Source of the DNA: Isurus oxyrinchus
Taxonomy: Eukaryota
DNA length: 64,000 nucleotides
Direction: 5' to 3'
NCBI GenBank assembly: GCA_026770705.1
Contig: JANJGN010000019.1
Span: 31,372,001-31,436,000, forward strand
Each line of letters opens with the position of its first letter. Position 1 is the stretch's first letter. This document shows, in pieces, positions 36,591-51,200 of this stretch. Position numbers and translations under genes: made by a program. Under the pieces are notes generated by a model. That model was given only the letters and a program-made list of their open reading frames with translations, was not told the DNA's origin and made no database searches.

Positions 36591-38739
36591 TGGGCAGGCA
36601 CGCCTCTCATATTGCCGGTCATCTTATACAAGTAGAGTTTGCTTTGGAACTAGCTGCACTGCAGTTGGACTCGCGGGCGATTTCGGTGATTTACGGTAAA
36701 CGCTGACTTGGATAGAGGGTTAAGGATCGGTTCCGGTCCCCAAACAGCTGCCTTGTCAATAAGGATCTGCCACAAGTGGAGACATCCCTGCTGTCAGGAC
36801 CCAGCCCTGCTCCCTAACCCTATCTCCCACCTCTCCAGACTCTAAAATAAGGAAAGAAAAGCAGCCACTGAGCCACATAGCAGGGCAATGCATTTTCCCT
36901 TCTAATTTAGTATCTGATGGAATCAACAATTCTAAATAAAGACAGATATCTAACAGATCATCGCCTAATCCCTTTATCAGTCAAATCGCCTTCACCATCC
37001 GAGGCTACCGAGCAGCCCTGATTATCATTGCAGATAACGAAGTGTAATTGCTTCAGTTTCTTTCAAGTAAATTGGGAAAGATTGGAATTTAAAAAGAGCT
37101 TTGGATAGTTAACACTGTCAGCTGTTTTGATTGTCATTTCACGAAAACTAACCAGCTAATCTGAAAACAAATGTGCAGTATAAAATCTGGGTAAAAATTG
37201 AATGGCTTTACTTCTGAGTTATAGATACACGTCCACTCAGCCCCCTTTTAATCAGGCCTGAAATAAGTTTCTATTATAATATATTTGTTTATGAGGGATT
37301 TTCCCCCCTGTAAACGATCAGAGCATATTAACTTCCCGGATTGGGTATTATAAAACTAAAGCAAATATAACATTGAGTTACCATTTGTGGGACAGCGGAA
37401 ATAAAACGTTAAAAATCGAAGTAATTTTTTTTATTGATGGCATATTCACGTTCATTACCATGGTAATGATTAGACCAAACCTTCGTTACATCATTAACTT
37501 TAACTTTGGCTCACAAGGAGGTTGAAACATGAAACATGACATCATCGCCACAGTAACAACAACCCGGCCCTTTAAAATCTCTCTGGCGTTCAGTAAAATG
37601 CCTACCTGGGGTCTGGGTGTGCACTTTGGTATCAGGAACACGTCGGATACTCAAGAACCTAATCAGCACAAAACGTCGAAGGGCACGAACGCCAGTGCAT
37701 TATCTTAAATGCAGAGCAACATGTCACCAGACATTTTGGACGCATTTATTTAAACGCAGTGTATATCAGAAATAAATGGCATCAAGGTCTTTGAAATGTG
37801 TCAGTCACACAACTTAAAACTGGGATAATACTTTGCAGTTTATAAGTATCTGAATAACAAGATCGATTGGTCTGTGATGCCTTTGTGCAATGCAGAAGCC
37901 GAAGCGTTGAAGCACTGTTGCGACTATTTAATCTTTAAACCCTTGCGATAGGCTTACTGTACAGGATCAATGTCAAGGTGCAGAAAAATGTCATCTTTCT
38001 CCTCTTTCCTGAACGACAAAACAAATTGTAATCGCTTCAATATACGCCCGTTTTAAGAGTTCATCTGTGATTAGAAATTAAAATATAGGTTATTTTTTTA
38101 AAAAAAAAACCTTCTTGTACAGTACATGTCCAATTGATTAAAAAGAGCCTGTTAGATCTGACAGGGAAAGCAATTTAACTGAGTAGCTTTAATTGCCGTA
38201 ATGCCCTGTCCAAAATAACTGTTAGAAACAGACTACCATTGGTAAACCGAGTACACAGCGTGAGAGCCTCAATGATTTAATTTCAGAGGTTGTATTCCTT
38301 GTGTTGGTATATGTTAGAGCTTCAGTCAAGGGTTGTGTTTATACAGTATTCAAGCTCGACTTACCACTATCCACTACCTAAAGCAAAACACTTAAAAGAG
38401 AAAGCAGATGTGCTGCATAGATCAGCTGCCGTTACCTTTATTCTCTTGCTTTGCAGATGATTTTTTTAAAAAAGAAAATAACAGATATTTTTGGAGATTG
38501 GCAACACAAGTTTAACGCTTCGATGTTTGTTACATGCTGCCCAGGACGATAGGTTGAGCGCTTATGACTTTGTCTTAAAGATCGGCGACCATTTAAAAAT
38601 AATACTTGATGGTTTTAAAACTTGGGCTAGGTGGGGGCGACAACTATGCATCTTAAGTAACCAGAAATGCAAATGAAAATTTGAATCCTGAGAGGAATAT
38701 ATCAAGTTCTTCAAAAAGCTGAAATGTAATTGATTTGTA

Positions 38740-40892
<2,153 letters not shown>

Positions 40893-41196
40893 GGAAAACA
40901 ATGAAAACACAAATACTTCTGGCAATAAACAGAACCAGTTGTCCCCTATCAACCGTAGTAAAAACCTGATGTCGAGTTCCGATGAGGAATTATCACCGGC
41001 CCAGAGCCCAGACCACTGCTCCGGGAGCCCTGTTTTACTGCTGCCGGGGAGTCTGAACCAATCTGTGGATTCCACCTTCTCTCTTCACGGCCTGAGCTCT
41101 TCACCAGGCGGCCACGCTGGCCCAGTCCATCCGCATGGACTCCAGGACTCCCTGCTCGGCACTCTAACGTCCAGCCTGGTCGATCTGGGATCTTAA
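40893..41196 (+). CDS. six1: Homeobox protein SIX1, coding exon 2 (C-terminal region)
   Basis: Acceptor TTTTTGCTGTTTGCTGTTCCAATAG|G restores the frame: (R)[40 protein letters not shown]...[21 protein letters not shown], closely matching the SIX1 C-terminus. The spliced CDS is 864 nt, 287 aa. Confidence 0.96.
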
Positions 41197-42280
41197 AAGA
41201 GCAAATCGCCGCTGGACAGCCCCAGTTATGAACTGGTCAGACACTCCAATGCTGTGCTGTGTAAATAATTGAAAGGTCTTGTCGAAGTTATGGAATTTCA
41301 ACTGATGGTACTTAATCTGTGAAAAAGGCGAGATGCTCTCCTTTATTAGAAAGAAAACCCGCCTTCATGAACTGCTGAGAGGCTTGATATCACACTTAAT
41401 GCTCTTCAAATCTTTATACTCTCCCCCACTGCACAAAGGGCGTTGCAAATGAAACAAAACGGGTGGCAGATCCGTGCATCTGTCAGAATCAACCTGGATT
41501 ATCTCTCGTTTTCGTTCGCTGTTTGCTATACCTTGAGATTTACTGCTCGCGAATCTGAAATGAGACATCGAATAGGATGAACGGTCTCTAACTGCAGAAA
41601 ATAACTCCACTCAATATCAGGCGAAGTTCAGGCACAGAGGCGACTCGAAGTTTACATTGTCAGTAGCGGTGGATGGAGAGTAACATGAAAGTAGTTTATA
41701 ATAAAATCCAAACATGTGAAAAGCACGTGCTTATGTTGTCTCCTTTTACGCATTTTGAAAAAAAAATATATGTAGCAGCTGATTTTAGAAAATGACGTCT
41801 CGGGTTGTTACTGGATGAGGCTCTCTGCAACTTACAGTTCAGGTGAAACATCGGCAATATTAATATGTCCAGATACTGTCTACATGTAGGACAAGGACAA
41901 TGAAATAACGTCTAAGTGTTTACTCGCCATTGTCTCATCTCACACCCACAAGTTCCTCTCAATGTCATATCCCGGTGAGTATAACCGTTGCATTATCCCT
42001 AGAATTTGGGAACAGCGTGATTATATGATTCTGAATTTCCCTCTTCAACTCTCCACACACCAAGGTCTTTAGTCCCGACCAAGTAGGGAAACCATTTCGA
42101 TGGAGCATAGTTCCTTTTCCCAGTGCGCTTTCTGAGGGAAATTATTTGTTTGTTTCGAGCTTATTCCCTAGAAAAGTTAGATTGTCCCAGAAAATAGGTT
42201 GCGTTCCGTGTCCTGAATATTTTATTTCCTTCGGTATGGTTTACAAAATATAGAAATAAAACAAAAAGTGAAAACATAAC
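41197..42280 (+). other. six1: Probable six1 3' UTR with candidate poly(A) signals
   Basis: Repeat-free sequence after the stop codon; AATAAA at 41700-41705 and 42255-42260. The true transcript end is unknown. Confidence 0.4.
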
Positions 42281-45200
42281 CGAACTGTTGAAAACTTGTC
42301 ATTTTGTTCTATCTCTTCCACCTTCCCTACCGGCATCTCTTTCCCCAGAAGTTAAAGTGAGGGCCCCAGGCTATCAGGTCGGTCTTGGCTAACCTATTTT
42401 ACACAATTAAATTGAAATTACAACATGAATATACTGTCATCAGCTTTGAAGATGTAAAAAATGCGTCGAATGCTGAATCAGTGATATTCTGAATTGGGGA
42501 GGAATCCTTCACAACCATCCAACAATTTTTAAGTTAAAATAATCTCCAGTTCGCACTTTAAAATTTACACCACAGATAAACAGCTGGAGATGAGACATTT
42601 TTACTATTACTGGCCCTCGGCTTCTTTGCATTCTCTTTATTGTGCAGTAAAATGGCACAGCAACAAATCATTTTACCAACTTCCGGCAAAGTACAAGAAA
42701 AATCTACAATCCAAAATGAAATGAAATTTATATTTAGAACAATGACAGACGTTTGTTAGTAGGTTCCCCAGTGCCTTATTCGTGTGTCGTGTTGCTAATA
42801 CCTTTTGATAGTATATGGCTATGGTTTACTGAAGATTGTAGAATGTTTATTCTGTATGTTTCGGGCCATGGAGATCTCACCCCCTCTGGAGGACAGACTC
42901 TCACTCGGGACTAACTCAGTTTAGACAGAACTCTTGTGTAAAATATACATTTGCCTTGGAAGGGGCTTATGTGAAGCATGAGTCACTTTAATTGCTACTA
43001 GGGGTCGAAAGAGAAATTTAACTTTTATTGGGCTACGCTTAAAATACAAGCACATTTAAACGCGTCACTTCTCTTTTGCCGTTTCGGATTGTTAGTGATG
43101 TAATTAAAAGAGACGGCAGCATAAAGTGCTACTGTGATCAACAGCCATCACTTCAATGAAGATATTGGCGGAATGGTTACAGTAACCTTTTAGGACAACT
43201 TTATTAAGTGGGGGTAAGCTGACTGGGGCAAGGGCAGAATGGATACTTTCAAAGTCTTAAGCAGCTTACCAATATTTGCAAGGTCTTTTTTACTTAGCAA
43301 ACCTCAAAGAAAGCATCGGAAATATCCTTTAAAAGAAACTCCCATAGCCACCAAAACATAACGAGAATCCGCAGTGACTAAGTATTTCTATTTATTTTCA
43401 GGTCCGATTCTGCGGCTTTCCCTTTTATGGCTTTATGAAAATATATCCTTTTAGAGATTTGCTTTAATTACCCTTTCTCTGGGCCAATTAAAAAAGATTT
43501 GCGCAGGATTTTAATACGGATATCATAGCCTGGTCAAATTAGTTAAAGCAACCTCGAAGGACTGGGGGTTCACTCGAGAATACAATTCAGCAGTTCAGAG
43601 CATAACTTTTACATCAAATGAATCTTTTCATTACCGGTGCTAACCATTGGTGATCTTTACCACGACTTTTCATACACGTTAAATATCTTTCACTTCTAAG
43701 TGTAAAGAAAATGTAACATCACGATGGTCTGCTCCTAGGCAACTTTGATCTTGTTACACTTGGGGCGTTTTATTTTCAGTAATCTTGAAACAGCAACTCA
43801 AACGGTAAGCGCCCCATAGCCCAAATGGTTACGAAAGACATTCGGTTTTGGTCGAGTTTTCCCTCTAAATGTAAAATAAACACACGACTGGCCTCCAGAC
43901 ACTTTTAGCTGGATACTAAAAAGGCCTTCTATGAGATGAGGGTAATTGTTTTGAACAGCTCGAGTTTGGAGAGAACTGAGGATTTCCTGGAGTTAATGTG
44001 AACCAGCCGCTGGCTGGACTGCGCCTGCTGAATGTGGAGCAGATTTTGGCAAATATTACAGGGATTCAATTCAGTCTTTTGTGTTTTTAGAAGCACCTCG
44101 GTGCTGATTTCAAATTTGTTTTCTTTACATTTTAAGCGTGCTCGCAAAATGAGGTCCTTCATTTAAATCCGCAAACAGAGGTTGCGTTTATACCATAGAC
44201 CCAAAGTCGTGTCCTTCTCTCAGGACTAATAAGCATCCTGCAGCTAAATGAATTTTTTAAAAAAAAATCTAGTTTCCACCATTTGGGTCAATCCCAGAAC
44301 TTAACCGGAGACAGTTGAATCTTTGGTCGGAATCAATCACAATTGACAAAGTTTCTCATTTTCCCTCAGCAAGGCGATTGGCCTGCATCATGGTTTGAAT
44401 TATCAGAAATACAAAAAAAAGAGACTGTTTGAAATGCAGAACAGTGCCAACACCGAATGATAAAGTGCTTCTGTAGAAACCATGTTTGAAGGAAACGTGT
44501 TTGATTAATGCAGATGCGTTTTGCACGGCCTATGTCAAAATATGGCTGTCATCGAACTGCAACCTTTAAAATCCGGCTGAAAATTGGGGGAAAGTCCGCT
44601 GGGAAATAGACCGCAGTTTCTGACAGACATCAAACCGACTTTCAGCCCAATGTGTAATGTGGCTTTAGAATTCCAATTGCACGAAATGGTTACAACATTA
44701 CACTTATTAATAAGTAGCACATAGCAAAGCAGGGGAATATATCCAAAAAACAATCGAAGTGACATTACTAGAGAAAAATTATATTCTTTTTATTCTTAAG
44801 TGTTCCGACATACTTGGGAATGTCAACGATGTTATGCGTTTGATGCCTTTTGAAAGTGAAATATTTATATAAATGCTTTACAAAACTTCAGGACCCATGA
44901 ACGGAAGGGAATTATTCTTTCATCAGTTATATCGATACGTGAAAATCTTACTATTGGAGAGAGATTGTAGTCTGTTGTACATGCACATGAATGTGCAAGT
45001 CACTCTGGTGTGACACACAAGGCACATCACTTATTGGTCTAACACTGAAAATACAATAGGGCCTTCTATCAGTTTAAGAACAATTTCAATAGTCATCTTG
45101 TTTGTCCTTTTTTCTATTTATCAATTCGTTACTTGATCTCCCGTGGCAATGCTCATTAGTGGTTTGGGGCATGGATGTCCCGTGTACGTTGCCTGCACTG

Positions 45201-48200
45201 AATTTACACCGCTCTTGTCTCCCGCCAGGATTTCATACCTGACTCGAGGGCTTCGGTTTTTTCCGCAGGACAGTGTGGGCGACTGAGAGCTGGCCTGGGA
45301 GCTGATATCAGTCCGAAACAGTGGGTTCATTTTATGGCATGTTTTGCGCTTTCTGGATGCGATCATGAGGAGTCGGAGAGTTTCCATCGCTACAGGCAGC
45401 TCTTGCAGCCATATTCAAGCGCCCAGAGTGTGTGCTTTGGCCTCGTTATTCCTCGTGTGTCACCATGTTACTATCTCTTGTCTGTGATTTTATTTTCTGG
45501 TTCCCCCCTTATTTATTACCCTTCGTGTTCCTCTCTGTTTCTGGCTCAGTTTGTAGTTTTGCGCATGTTGAAACGTGCTAATTATGCGTGCAGAGTTTCT
45601 TGTAGCGGCTGAGAAGGGAGGGCCGGGGAGCTGCTGTGGCTACATCTCAGACTACCCTTTGCCACGTGGTTAGGCAGTATTCTACTGCAATGTGATTGAC
45701 CACCATTTGGAAGACAAAATACTGTGTACAATATGAACTGTGGATGACAATACAGAAGATGACCTATTAGGCAAAACAAAATAAGACAATTAACTAGCAA
45801 GGAATAAAAGCTGACAAAGAGAACTGACAAATGATTGCGACAGGTACTAAAGCAAAGGCGTTTTATTAAGCAATGTTACCTTCACTTTGCTTTTCCAAAT
45901 ACAAAATATGCAGAAATATATTATAACCCGACCTTTTCCGTGTTTTAATTAATGTGACTTGGCGTCACCCACACGCTGTTCACGCGATTAGGCGATCACC
46001 CGGTGACCTAAAATCTATAATAACTGAGAGATGGGGTATTTCTAAAAAAAAAAGTCAACATTTCTGTGCTTGCTTCATTTATTGTTAAATGATGAATTGC
46101 CCTTTGATGATGCATGTCCAGCGGAGGCAGTAGTGTTACAGCACATTTCATAGTCACAGAAAATGTTTGTTACATTGACCTGAAACGGAAGCCAGACAAC
46201 CGAATGCTTGGCCATCCTGCGGCGGGGTCCCCAGAACGAGCTGCTCACACCACATGCGCGGAGTTTGGGGATATCTTTACTTAGCTGCTAGAAAAAAAAT
46301 AACAGCAAGAACATTCTAGAAACAATTATTGCATAACATTGGTGTCATCGAAAGAAACGTGTTTTCTTTTGTTGTTAGTGAAATGTGTTTAAATGCACCT
46401 GGAACAGGGAAAAGGGACAGTCCCAATGAAGGTGTTGAAGGGGCGATTTATGATTTACGTCGGATAATTAGATGAGGTCGTGCATTAAATCACAGCAGCG
46501 AAACAGTCGACGTGGACCAGTTTATTGTGTTACCTGAGTTACTATTTAGTTGCCCGGTTGTACATGAACACCCGCGGCTGCGTTTAGTACTTTTCGATTG
46601 AATAAAATGCTCGATTAAAGGGATAGATAGCTAGGTGCTACAGATGGGAAATTAATTTTCTAAATTCCTTTGCTGCAGTTACAAACCAATAATAATACAA
46701 GGTAGGCACAGCTGCACTAAAAGCGGCGATGTTCCTTCCTGTATCAGTAACGGGTGAGTGCCGTGTCCAGAACAGTTATTTCTATCTACCCTTGGCAGCA
46801 GTCCTTTATAAAGATATTCTATCACCACATGTTTCCCAATGCGATTGACCGATTGAAGTACGAGTGACTGCAGACCTCTGGCAAGCCATGACGACCGCTT
46901 GAAGGTTAGGACACATGACTCCCCCCCCCCCCCCCCCATTGAAGTCATGCTGCATGACAGGATGTTTGCTGGGGCCACAGGGTCATTGTTTGACGGTGGC
47001 GAGCCCAGAACATGAAATTTGAACACAATTGCGCACTATTTCTGCTGGAGCATTGTAATGAGAACCAGGCCCCATTCTCCACAAGGAAGTGCACCGGTTC
47101 GTTATTTCTTACTGCAGTGTCTCCCCAAAGTGGTGGTGGTGGGGGTGGGGGGGTGGGGGGGGGGAATTGTGCAACATTAGCAAAATAACAGGAGGTGTTG
47201 TATACAGCAACATCTCAAATGATTAGATCAGATCAGAAGTGACGCAAATCCCCCAATTGCAAAAGGTTTTAAAAAGTGCAAAAAGGCACGCAACACCGTT
47301 GCTGTGCTGTTGAAGGTGTACACCTGCAGCTCCCCTGGAGTGCGGCAGACTTTGACCTCACTCCAAGGTGGTCGACCCTGGTGAAATTACGGCTGAAGTA
47401 TCTGCAGCTCTAAAAGCACGGATTAGCCCCTACAGATCAGTGCCCCGACCAGACCTGTCTCCATTGATAAGTTAAGATCAGATATCAATTATTGATCGCT
47501 TTGGCGATCCAGTTACAATTATTTCACTCGGGCTGTGCAGAGACAGTGCACACACGTGGAGTTAAGCAAAAACAATGCCGATTTATTTTTTAAAGTATTT
47601 AAATAAGGGTGGAGGGCTGGGGGGGGGGGGGGGGGGGGGTTGGTGGTGGTGGTGAAGGAGAATTGCCTTCCGACCTTCTTATTTGGCTTTCCAAGAAATC
47701 AAAGGGTATGCACTTTCCTGATCTTTTACTTTCCGAACTTGAAATATTGATTTTTTTCTCTGAAAAATGCATGAGCCGTGAGAAAGCCGAAACCTGAGGC
47801 GAGGTGGTACAGGGAGTGCAGGGGAGCTTCGAATGTCATGTAGCAGCAGCAAAGACATTTAACAATGCTCAGGGACAAAGTAGCTGGAATGCGCGGAAAG
47901 CTAGGTTTCCGTTAATCCTCATTTGTAGCTGTTGCCCCGGAGAAGGGGATTAGGAGGGTGTTACCTCAAATTTGTCCGCCTCACACCCAAATGTCAAGTC
48001 GAAATCCGCAACCGCTGGAGAGCTCAATTAACTGAAACGCGCAGTAAATAACATTCAGCTAATGGGATGGCTCCGCTTCTTTTCCGACATGATACGTTTA
48101 AAGGCCTCCACATTAACGTCATTTCACCATTCTGGTGGAATGCTTCAGGGAACACTCGACAGAAACATTTAGGGATTATGTGCGCTGACCGCCTGCTCAC

Positions 48201-51200
48201 CCTCAACCGTGAAAACAAGAAACCCCGGATACATCCAAAAAGAATGGTCCTATTTACGAAGTGATTTTTAAAACGCAATCATAATTCATCGTAACAAACA
48301 CAAGATGCCAATTGCGATGCCAACCTTTGATGAAATGCATTCGGTTATTGACTAAAAGGGCGTTTATGGGAATATATTTTATCAAGACACTTGGGGGGGA
48401 TGAATATTATTGCGAATATTATTATTCATTACATTCATGGGGAGCTGGGACATTTCTGCAATTGACAAGGATCTATTTCTAGTGTCACAACTGAGGACGA
48501 CACCCTTAAAGCCAAGGCACATATTGCAAGGTGCATATTCATTACACTGTAATGTCTCTGACTGTTTTCTTCACTTGTGGAAGTGTTTGCGCGTGGGATC
48601 CACATCGGCACATCTTCTGGTTCACTGTTTTAAATTATTTGGATGATAGAGTTTAAAATGACCCACCCCTCACCCCCGGGTTGATGCAGAGCCAGCGTGG
48701 GTCTCCTCAAAGTCGTGCTGAAAGTCGCAAAACGCAATTCTTAAATTATTTGAGCCCTACTTCGGCTCGGTTGGAAATGCTGACAGTAAATTTTGTTCGT
48801 AGCATGTGCCTGCGTTTGACTTTTCGGGAGACGACCCATTAATTTTCCCGACTAATCAATAAAACAAACCCTAACACCAGCCTGCTTAATATAAAAAAAG
48901 GATGCTTAGGAAAGTGGTGTAGCTGTTGTGGACACATTTCTTTCTCTTTCCTACCTACCCCCGCAGTTAGATTTGTTTGAAAAGTTTAATTCTTAATTTC
49001 TTTTTGGCAGGAACTAAACACTGAACGTACGTTGTAGGTAAAAAGTAATTTTGTGCTGGATAAAATCAGAATTAGAGGGAATAAATTCTGATAAATATCT
49101 GTAATTCCATAGGAAGTTGACCAATGAGGATAACATTGCATCAAAATGATGAAGGAAGTTAAAGAACTGAAAAAGGGTAACTGGTTCTCAGCCGGGATGT
49201 GCTCAGCTCCCCACAGGAGCTTATGTCCTTATTTGACCAACACATCTGATTAAGTAAATGGGACGAGAAGTTTATTGTTTCAAGACAAATGTTTCTTGTG
49301 GGTTCTTTAAAAAAAAACAAAGGATTTATTGAAAAATCGGTGCTATTTGAAATGACTGGGTGTTTTTTGAATGGTCGAAGTTTTCTAAACAACAGATATT
49401 GACTTACCATTTGATGTATTCATCTGTCTTAAAGAGCTCAAAAAAACAGGGGAAGCGAAGGGATGGTGTTCACTTACCAACATTTTTTAAAAGAGGAAAC
49501 AAGGGACAAGCTAAATCATTATTACTACCTGTTCTTACGGTGAGCGATCACCTGTTAAAAGGTCATGAATAGCAGGTAGATCTCCATCTCCCTCTCTTAA
49601 AAAAGGGCCATTTGTTCGGTGACAGCTGATTGACAGGCTGTGAAACACGAGCTCGTGGGTCTGGCTGATTTGAGGATAAAACTCTGGATGTCCCCTCAAA
49701 CATTTCAGGAAATGAAAGTTGTAACTCGATCCGTTCAGCCAACATCTCCCGGAGCAAACACAAAGGCTCACAGGAACCTACCCGGATTATTTTGCAGCTA
49801 GATGGTGGAGACAAAACAGCCGTCACATTGAGCAGAGAACTGGCTGCCCTGCTCCCACATTTATTAGAAATGTCTGTCTAAGCTGCCCTTTAAATGGGTC
49901 AACATTTTCGTAAGTGTACAATAAGCACTTTTCTTCCCAAAAATAACATCCCTTTTCAAATATGCGCATTGCTCACAAAACTCAGCGATTGCTGTATTTC
50001 ACGTCAAACAACGTCCGACCACGTGATCTTCGAGGCGTTTAAATGAACCTCCACTTAACCATATATTTTTCCAACGGCACAGCAGCCTTTCAGGCTGGAG
50101 ACCCTCAGCTGCAGAATGTCTCTTACTTTAACTGAGGCATTTATTTGATCAGGATAATTTTCTATTGATACACAATCACATTTGCAACATGCAATCTCGA
50201 TTGCAATGAATCAGCACTTGCTTCACCAGCATGTGCAATGCCATGGCTTCCTGATGTCAAGCAATGACGGAATAGCGCTACAGAAAATAGTTGTTCCATC
50301 CATTTGCCGGCATGTCCTATGTAATCTCGTTCGCACAAGGTAAATTCAAACATCCGTGACTGTGCATGCGTTTCTGTGTGGAGCAACCAGTCACACAGCT
50401 TGCTGCAAATAACGATCTTGGAATGAAATGCTCATCAATGATGTAATAGTGAACGGCACCTGCAAAAGATGGCGTGTGTCAGCTTTCTGCCTGTTTTAAG
50501 TTAAAATGGGCGAGCAGTTCACAGCATGTTGACAACAGGCTAGGAGCAGTTCCCATGCTTATTGGTGCTGAGGCACAGTTCCAGGACCCTGGACATCCTT
50601 CACAATATTGCTAGGGGTGAATATTAATCGTCAGTATAAGTGTTCTAAGTCACGCTTACCTCAGAGGTACACACTGAGACCACCGCGCTGCAATTAACTT
50701 GTTCAAACCCAAAATTATAAGAGGCAAAATGGTTCAATGCAACACCGACACGCGTGGAATATTTTTTCAAACAATGACGTTGGGAAAGATATGAATTTAA
50801 TTCTAACTCAAGGACAGAATAAATTCGCCAAGCAATAAAATGTAAGTGGTTAAATGGGCCAGAGGCATCTTTTTTTCGGGATTGCAACTACAGTGAAATC
50901 TGATCTGGCTAGTACCTAATTGTAACATCTTGATATTCAATGAAAGGAACATTAATAAGTCTATCGGGTGTTCAGTTTCAGGGAAGTAGCAACAGGGTGC
51001 AGGGAACGGCTGAGGTACAATCTAAAAAGAAAGAAAATTCATGACTTTATGTCGGGAATATTAATTAAACCTGGTTACAGGCAGAGTTCTTAAGTTTTTG
51101 TTGTAAAGGGAAACAGCAGAATCAAATCTGTTGCAAATTACACGCACCAGTGATTTCTGAAGCAAATTGAGTTCTAATAAAGGTGAGAGTTTTATGACGA

